Below, in pieces: positions 58,484-64,000 of a DNA stretch of 64,000 bases. The number at the start of each line of letters is the position of its first letter. Positions within the stretch are counted from its first letter, which is position 1. Made by a program: the position numbers and the translations under genes. The notes under the pieces are model-generated. The model ran no database searches. It was not told where the DNA came from and saw only the letters and a list, made by a program, of their open reading frames with translations. The stretch spans positions 64,001-128,000 of the forward strand of contig CAWGJO010000020.1 in NCBI GenBank assembly GCA_963822945.1. Direction: 5' to 3'. The stretch is from an uncultured Gemmatimonadaceae bacterium. Its GTDB lineage: Bacteria > Gemmatimonadota > Gemmatimonadetes > Gemmatimonadales > Gemmatimonadaceae.

Positions 58484-59820
58484 GCCGCGGGCGACCCGGG
58501 CTTCCCATTCTGGACGGCGGCGCCCAGCTGGCGAACCATGGCCACCGCGCTCGACGGGCAGACCTCGCGGAACTCTTCGGTGGCGTTCACCTCCGGCGGC
58601 ACGTCGTCGCGCGAGATGACCGAGAATCCGAAGCTCGGAAAGTAGCGTTCCGCGGTGGTGGTCAGCAGATACATGGCCCGCCGCCCACGAGCCTCGGCTT
58701 CGGCGATCAGCCGGGCGACCAGGGCGCGGCCGACGCCGCGACGCTTCCACTCGGGCGTCACCGCCACCGAGCGCAGCAGCACGTCGTCGCAACAGTCCTC
58801 GAGTCCGCCCACGCCGACCATCACGCCGCCCGATTCGGCGACGACGAATCCCGACGCCGGGCGCGCCAGCGCGTCGCGCACGCCGGCCACGGGAAGGCCG
58901 GACTGCGAGAGCAGCGCCTCGATCGCGTCCGTATCCGATGGGTTCGCATCGCGCAGCGAGAACGTCGCCGGCTTGCCGGCCCGCACGAACGCGGCGCCCA
59001 CACGCCCCGCCACTTCGGCCGCTACGCGGTCGACGTCGAGCCCCGTGTTCGCCAGGAAGGCGCGCGCATCTTCGATCTCGTACAGGCGCGTCATCTCCAC
59101 GCTGGCGTTCGTGAATCCGGCGTCCCGCAACAGCGACAGGAACTCGGAGTCCTGCAGCGCCCCCGCCACGCATCCCACCCACAGCTCCATGCTGCGCTTC
59201 ACGTCGGCCGGGAGTTCGCCCTGCACCACGACGTCGGACACGGCGAACCGGCCCCCGGGCTTGAGTACGCGGAACGCCTCGCGCAATACGCGCGGCTTGT
59301 CACCCGACAGATTGATCACGCAGTTCGAGATGATCACGTCCACCGAGGCGTCCGGCAGCGGAATCTCCTCGATATGGCCGCGAAGGAATTCCACGTTGGT
59401 GACGCCGGCCTCCGCCGCGTTGCGACGCGCCAGGTCGAGCATCTGGTCGGTCATGTCGAGCCCGTACGCCTTTCCCGTCGGTCCCACGCGTCGCGCCGAA
59501 AGCAGGACGTCGATCCCGCCGCCCGAGCCGAGGTCGAGCACCACCTCGCCCTCGTGCAGCTCGGCGAGCGCGGTGGGGTTGCCGCATCCGAGCGACGCGA
59601 GCACCGCCATTTCGGGAAGCGCGTCGGTCTCGCCGCGCACATAGAGATTCGACGTGATCGGATCGACCGTACCGTCGAACGCCGCGCCGCCGCAGTTGCA
59701 GCTCAGCGGACTGCAGCATCCGCCGTCAGCGTCGCTCGCGACGCGATCGAGTACGCGGAGCGCCGCGGCGCCGTACTTCTCCTGAACGGTCGTGGTGAGG
59801 TCTTCACGCGAAGTGGACAT
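58480..59820 (-). CDS. arsM: Arsenite S-adenosylmethionine methyltransferase fused to an ArsN2-type GNAT acetyltransferase
   Basis: N-part: [35 protein letters not shown]-part: SGLPVAG, LLRSVAV...[31 protein letters not shown]. Confidence 0.9.
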   Translation of the reverse strand: MSTSREDLTTTVQEKYGAAALRVLDRVASDADGGCCSPLSCNCGGAAFDGTVDPITSNLYVRGETDALPEMAVLASLGCGNPTALAELHEGEVVLDLGSGGGIDVLLSARRVGPTGKAYGLDMTDQMLDLARRNAAEAGVTNVEFLRGHIEEIPLPDASVDVIISNCVINLSGDKPRVLREAFRVLKPGGRFAVSDVVVQGELPADVKRSMELWVGCVAGALQDSEFLSLLRDAGFTNASVEMTRLYEIEDARAFLANTGLDVDRVAAEVAGRVGAAFVRAGKPATFSLRDANPSDTDAIEALLSQSGLPVAGVRDALARPASGFVVAESGGVMVGVGGLEDCCDDVLLRSVAVTPEWKRRGVGRALVARLIAEAEARGRRAMYLLTTTAERYFPSFGFSVISRDDVPPEVNATEEFREVCPSSAVAMVRQLGAAVQNGKPGSPAA

Positions 59821-59833
59821 GTATTCTCCGTCG

Positions 59834-59849
59834 ATCAACAATTGTTGAT
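59834..59849. promoter_or_regulatory. ArsR operator upstream of arsM
   Basis: Perfect palindrome ATCAA-CAATTG-TTGAT. Confidence 0.75.
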
Positions 59850-59888
59850 GTGTCAGGCAAATGGCTTGCCGTGAATGAGGTCATGGAA

Positions 59889-60221
59889 TCAGCCGCAGCA
59901 GCGCCCTCGGCGCTGGACGGGCAGTTCACCCCGCTTCGGCTCCAGTGAGACCGCCAGATCGTGCACTTCGGCCACGGCGCCGGGGGCGATGGAGTAGTAC
60001 GACCACCGGCCCTCCCGGCGGTCGGTGACCAGACCGGCGTCCTTCAACACGCGCAGATGAAACGACAGGCGCGATTGCGCCGCCCCGAGTTGATCCTGGA
60101 GTTCGCAGACGCACTGCTCGCCGCTCCGCAGCATCTCCAGGACGGCGAGACGTGTGGAGTCCGAGAGCGCGTGGAACAACGCTGCGGCGCGTTCGAGATC
60201 GAGGGTGGCGGTGGCCGGCAT
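59889..60221 (-). CDS. arsR: ArsR/SmtB family arsenic-responsive repressor
   Basis: FHALSDSTRL, EQCVCEL, QSRLSFHLRVL..AGLV..RREGRW; C-terminal RCCG. Confidence 0.93.
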   Translation of the reverse strand: MPATATLDLERAAALFHALSDSTRLAVLEMLRSGEQCVCELQDQLGAAQSRLSFHLRVLKDAGLVTDRREGRWSYYSIAPGAVAEVHDLAVSLEPKRGELPVQRRGRCCG

Positions 60222-60228
60222 GACGGAC

Positions 60229-60258
60229 AAATTAGATCAACGGAAATTGATTTGTCAA
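60229..60258 (-). promoter_or_regulatory. arsR promoter with overlapping ArsR operator
   Basis: TTGACA-18 nt-TAATTT, 7 nt before the ATG; ATCAA-N6-TTGAT at 60236-60251 in the spacer. Confidence 0.8.
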
Positions 60259-60326
60259 GCGGCGCCGACGCGCGCGTGAATCACAGGCCAGTGGCGGCGG
60301 GCGGCGGATCCAGCCCGCCCGGCGGG

Positions 60327-60584
60327 TCAGCGGGCGCCGAGCGGTTGCGGCGCGTCGCCCTCGCGGGCAATGAGCAGCAACTGCTTCCCGATCACGTGGT
60401 GGGCCACGAAGAGGGCGAGCGTCACCCCGCCCAGCGCGAGCCACGTGACGTGCGCCGTCGTCGTGTCCATGCCGCCGGTGGGGGTCCGCCGGCTGGTATA
60501 CGCGACCAGCAGGAACGCGCCGATGATGCCCGACGCGGCAGTGTAGGCTCCGACTCCCAGCAGACGGGCGATCAATTTCGGCAT
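60327..60584 (-). CDS. Small two-TM membrane protein, hypothetical
   Basis: GGAG RBS then MPKLIARLLGVGAYTAASGIIGAFLLVAY...WLALGGVTLALFVAH. Confidence 0.6.
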   Translation of the reverse strand: MPKLIARLLGVGAYTAASGIIGAFLLVAYTSRRTPTGGMDTTTAHVTWLALGGVTLALFVAHHVIGKQLLLIAREGDAPQPLGAR

Positions 60585-60630
60585 CGACGACAGCTCCCGG
60601 ATTCTGTTGAACGGTATGCGTGGTAATCTG

Positions 60631-62695
60631 TCATGGCCGGGGCGCGGCGTCGAGGGCGGGCGCCAGTACGGACCGACCACCGCACGGACGGATCCGCCCG
60701 GCGTCTGTTCCGCCCAGGCCCGGTACCACGTCCGGTCACCGAACCTCGAGCGCAGCGCCTCGTTCCGATCGCCGAGATCCGCGGCGTAGATGACATCGCC
60801 GTTCAGGTGGCCTGCCGGCCCGATGGGCTCGAGCAGGAGTCCGACACCGAACGGAAGGCCGCCGTACTTCGCATCGGAGGCGAGCGCCTCCTTGCATTCC
60901 GGCGTGAGCGAGAACTCCGACGAGATGTGGATGGCGGGATCGAGCGCATGGATGGGAGCGGCGCCCGGCGCGTAGGTGGCGATCCGCTCGGCCGCGAACC
61001 TGGCGCGCTCGCTCGGCGGCTGCGTCGTGTCCGCCTCGGCCATACTGCACCGCCGAGAGCACGGAACAGGCGTCGCCGTGCGCGAACACCTGGGCGGCGG
61101 CCGTGCGCGTGAACCCGATCCCCCAGAGTCGCCGCATGAGGCGCGCACTGAACGGTTCGTGGACCAGCACCAGGGCGTGGTGCGCGCCCGCGGCGCGCGG
61201 GCGGCCGACGCGAGATCGACCTTGAAGCTGTCGCGGCTGCCGTGCACCTGGCGCACCATGCCGATGGCGCCGTACGGCCCCATGGGGATCGCCACGCGAC
61301 AGCGATGCACGCCAGTACGCCAAGCGGCGCCGCGTGACGCCAGTACCCGCCCCACCGATCGGCGATCAGGAAGGGGGCGCGGGCGAGCAGCACGATCACC
61401 ACCGGCACGACGGTGTACAGGAAGCGCGGCCCGAGAAACTGCCCGTCGTGCCAGTACAGGGCGTAGGCCAGCAACTGCGCGCCGAACAGTCCGAGGAGGA
61501 GCGCATCCCACCGCGTCACGCGGCGCATCGAGATCAGCCCGGCAACGGCAACGAGGAGCGCGGGCACCGGCCACTGCACAACGAAGGTATTGAGTTCGTT
61601 CACGTACCTGGCCGCACGCGCCGCCGCTGCCAGCGGGGTGTACGCCTGTCCCTGCGGATCGACGTGAAAGCCGAGCCGGTGCGCCGGGCCCCACATCACT
61701 TCATAGGCAAAATGGAACATGCCGCCGGTGGTCGCCCAGTTGGCGTACAGCAACGGGGCCACGCCCACCGCGCCCAGCACGATCTCCACCAGCAGGTCGC
61801 GCCAGCGCTGCGGTTCGCGCCGGAGCACGGTCAGTTGGAACACGCCGACGCCGGCCGCGACCACGACGGCGTCGAGCGGGCGGATGGTGGCCATGAATCC
61901 CACCGCCAGTCCCATGCCGGCCGCGATGAGCAACCGGCGGAGGGTCGTGGTGGCGCGATCCCATTCCGCGAGCAGTGCCAGCGTACCCACCGTGAGAAAG
62001 AGCACCGGCACGTGATTCATGTAGCTGGCCGACATCAACAGCGTGAGCGGCGCCAGCGTGAACAGCGCCGCCACCGCGCGGCCCTGTGTCTCGCCGAATG
62101 CACGCCGAGCGAAGTGGTAGAGCGCCATGACCGTGAACGCCCCCAACAGTGGATCGAGCAGCCAGGGCGCGTGCATCAGGTACCCGAGCGTCAGCACCAG
62201 CGGGCCGCCGATGGGATACTGCGAGAGCCACGCGCCGCGATCGATCACGTTGTCCACGGCGAAGAACTCGAAGTTCGGATCGGCCGGCAGCGACAGACGG
62301 CCGTGCAGGAGAATGCGGGCGTGCCACAACTGCGCGATCTCGTCCTCCGTGATCGGCGCGAAGCGATACGCGTAATACGCGAGCCCCACGCACAATCCGG
62401 CGAACAGCAGGCCCACGAGGAGCGCGAAGACGATCGGCGGGGGACGCCGCAGCAACCGAACGGCGCGGTCGGGGAGGGCGCGCAGCCAGGCGAACGGCAT
62501 GGCGGCCAGCGCCAGCACCGGGCCGAGCGTGAGCACGCCGGCCCCCACCCAGTAGTGCAGATTCTGGCGCGCGATGCCGGCGTGGTTGGGCATCAGCAGC
62601 GGCAGCGGGTAGAAGCCGATGGCGATCAGGGCCAATGCCGCCACGACGGCGAGTGGGGCAATCGTCCGCGGGGAATCGCGACCGGGTGAGGTCAC
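60631..62695 (-). CDS. GT-C (ArnT/PMT-like) membrane glycosyltransferase; 3' part broken by about three frameshifts, end uncertain
   Basis: PITEDEIAQLWHARI, SQYPIGGP, ASYMNH, ATIRPLDA, LYANWATTG, GPRFL; continuation pieces in other frames after shifts at ~61295, ~61195 and ~61045. Confidence 0.7.
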
Positions 62696-64000
62696 CGTCC
62701 ACGCCCCCGGCGCTCGGCCACGTACACGTTGCCGTCCGCGGCATGCATGGCCGGGGCCACCGGACCGAACCGCGCCGTATCCACCATGCCGTTGGCGATT
62801 GCCCAGGGGAGGGTCTGCCCGTACGCAGCGTTCAAGACGATGATCTCCCGCGTGGCGACGCTGTCGGGGGTGGAAAGCAGTGCCGTGTCGGCTCCGGCAC
62901 GCAGCATGTAGTAACGCAGCGGCGCGCTGGACGGAATGGCCGCCAGCACGCGGTCTCCCGGTTGGGTCTGCGTGGCCAGCACCGCCGCAATCTGCTCGGC
63001 GCCGGCGAACACGCCCGACTGGCGCATGGCGCCCACGGCATCGGTGGCGAGTCCCCACGACACGCCGGCCACGGCCACGGCCACGGCGAACGCCGGCATG
63101 TACGGGCGCAGGACGCGCCCGCGAAGCCTCGACACCAGCGCGTCGCCCAGCGTGCCCGCCGCCAACGCCACGACCGGAAGCAGCCACAGCCAGATGCGCG
63201 CGAAGGGGGCCCGGTGCGTGGCGAGCAGCAGGATCGCGCACCACACGTACGCCGCCAGCGTGACCGATATGCCCTCATCGGATACGCGCGTCGACCACAC
63301 GACGCCGGCGAGCGCCAGCACGCCGAGCAGCACCGCCACGGCGAGCGGGTACGGTTGCGACCACGAGTCCAGCATGCGTGCCAGGCTCGGCGTGAGCTGC
63401 GCGAAGAACTGCGGCCAGCCGGACGGCGAGACGAACGGGTTGGCCACGATGGCATCGATGCCGTGAGCGGCGATGATCGGGAGGTAGACGAGCAACGCGA
63501 GCGCCACGGCCCCAACGAGCGACGCGCCGAGTCCCACGAGCCCACGCCAGGCCCGCCACCCCCGGTCCACGCACAGCACGAGGGCCAGCCAGAGCGCGAC
63601 CGCGCCCAGCGGATACAGCATGACCGGGATGGCCGCCAGGCCCGCCGCCGCGATGAGCGCGAAGGCCACCCACTCACAGCACTGCGCGCCGTGGTGCCGG
63701 ATGCGCGCCCCGATGAGCAGCAGGGACAGATAGGCGGCGATCACGACGGCGTACCCGCGCGCGTTCGCCGAATACAGGATGAGCGGAGTGGCGCCCGCCG
63801 TCAGGGCAGCCCCGATGAGCGCCGCGGTCCGCGTGAACAGCACCCGGCCCACCGCGAACGTGAGCGGCACGATCGCGACGCCGATGACGAATGCGGGCAG
63901 CCGCAGAGCCCACGGCGCCCCGCCGCCGAGCGGGGCGACGAGCTTTGCCATCACCGAGTACAGCAGATGGTTGCTGGGAAACGGATAGGCGGTGATCGTG
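62692..64000 (-). CDS. GT-C (family 39-like) membrane glycosyltransferase, 5' end outside the window
   Basis: PSNHLLYS, WALRLPAF, ILYSANARGY; many TM helices. Confidence 0.72.
   Translation of the reverse strand, partial: TITAYPFPSNHLLYSVMAKLVAPLGGGAPWALRLPAFVIGVAIVPLTFAVGRVLFTRTAALIGAALTAGATPLILYSANARGYAVVIAAYLSLLLIGARIRHHGAQCCEWVAFALIAAAGLAAIPVMLYPLGAVALWLALVLCVDRGWRAWRGLVGLGASLVGAVALALLVYLPIIAAHGIDAIVANPFVSPSGWPQFFAQLTPSLARMLDSWSQPYPLAVAVLLGVLALAGVVWSTRVSDEGISVTLAAYVWCAILLLATHRAPFARIWLWLLPVVALAAGTLGDALVSRLRGRVLRPYMPAFAVAVAVAGVSWGLATDAVGAMRQSGVFAGAEQIAAVLATQTQPGDRVLAAIPSSAPLRYYMLRAGADTALLSTPDSVATREIIVLNAAYGQTLPWAIANGMVDTARFGPVAPAMHAADGNVYVAERRGRGR

Noticed and set aside
60327..61694. Fusion of the GT-C tail with the small two-TM protein
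   Set aside because: Region has several frameshifts and the small ORF has its own RBS and ATG at 60584; the fusion cannot be trusted.

Overview
High-GC bacterial chromosome segment, most likely Gemmatimonadota (inferred from gene content, the non-canonical EF-Tu switch-I sequence and extended ribosomal proteins; not database-verified). Positions 1-31.4 kb hold the core translation/transcription supercluster on the minus strand: tRNA-Thr/Tyr/Gly/Thr, rpmG, secE, nusG, rplKAJL, rpoBC, rpsLG, fusA, tuf and the S10/spc genes to a partial rpmD. The str operon is split between rpsG and fusA by three genes: a SARP/BTAD-TPR regulator, a divergent ScyD/ScyE-like lipoprotein whose promoter carries 11-bp-phased repeats, and a small beta-barrel-like protein. 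fusA has its own promoter and a ~360-nt leader with attenuator-like hairpins. Positions 31.5-56.7 kb are housekeeping and envelope genes (cysS, mscS, a degenerate ABC ATPase, DUF1611, AI-2E, pspA, CesT-like, sdaAB/AA, uvrA, cutA-macro-transglutaminase-ABC operon, an eroded ccmF, glpK, mtnA, crotonase, recF-dciA-gyrB). Positions 56.9-60.3 kb are an arsenic operon with an ArsM-ArsN2(GNAT) fusion and two ArsR operators; GT-C glycosyltransferases end the window. Single-base frameshifts in rpsE, rplE, rpoC, mtnA, acr3 and a GT gene are most likely assembly errors. No CRISPR array, rRNA, transposase or integrase was seen.
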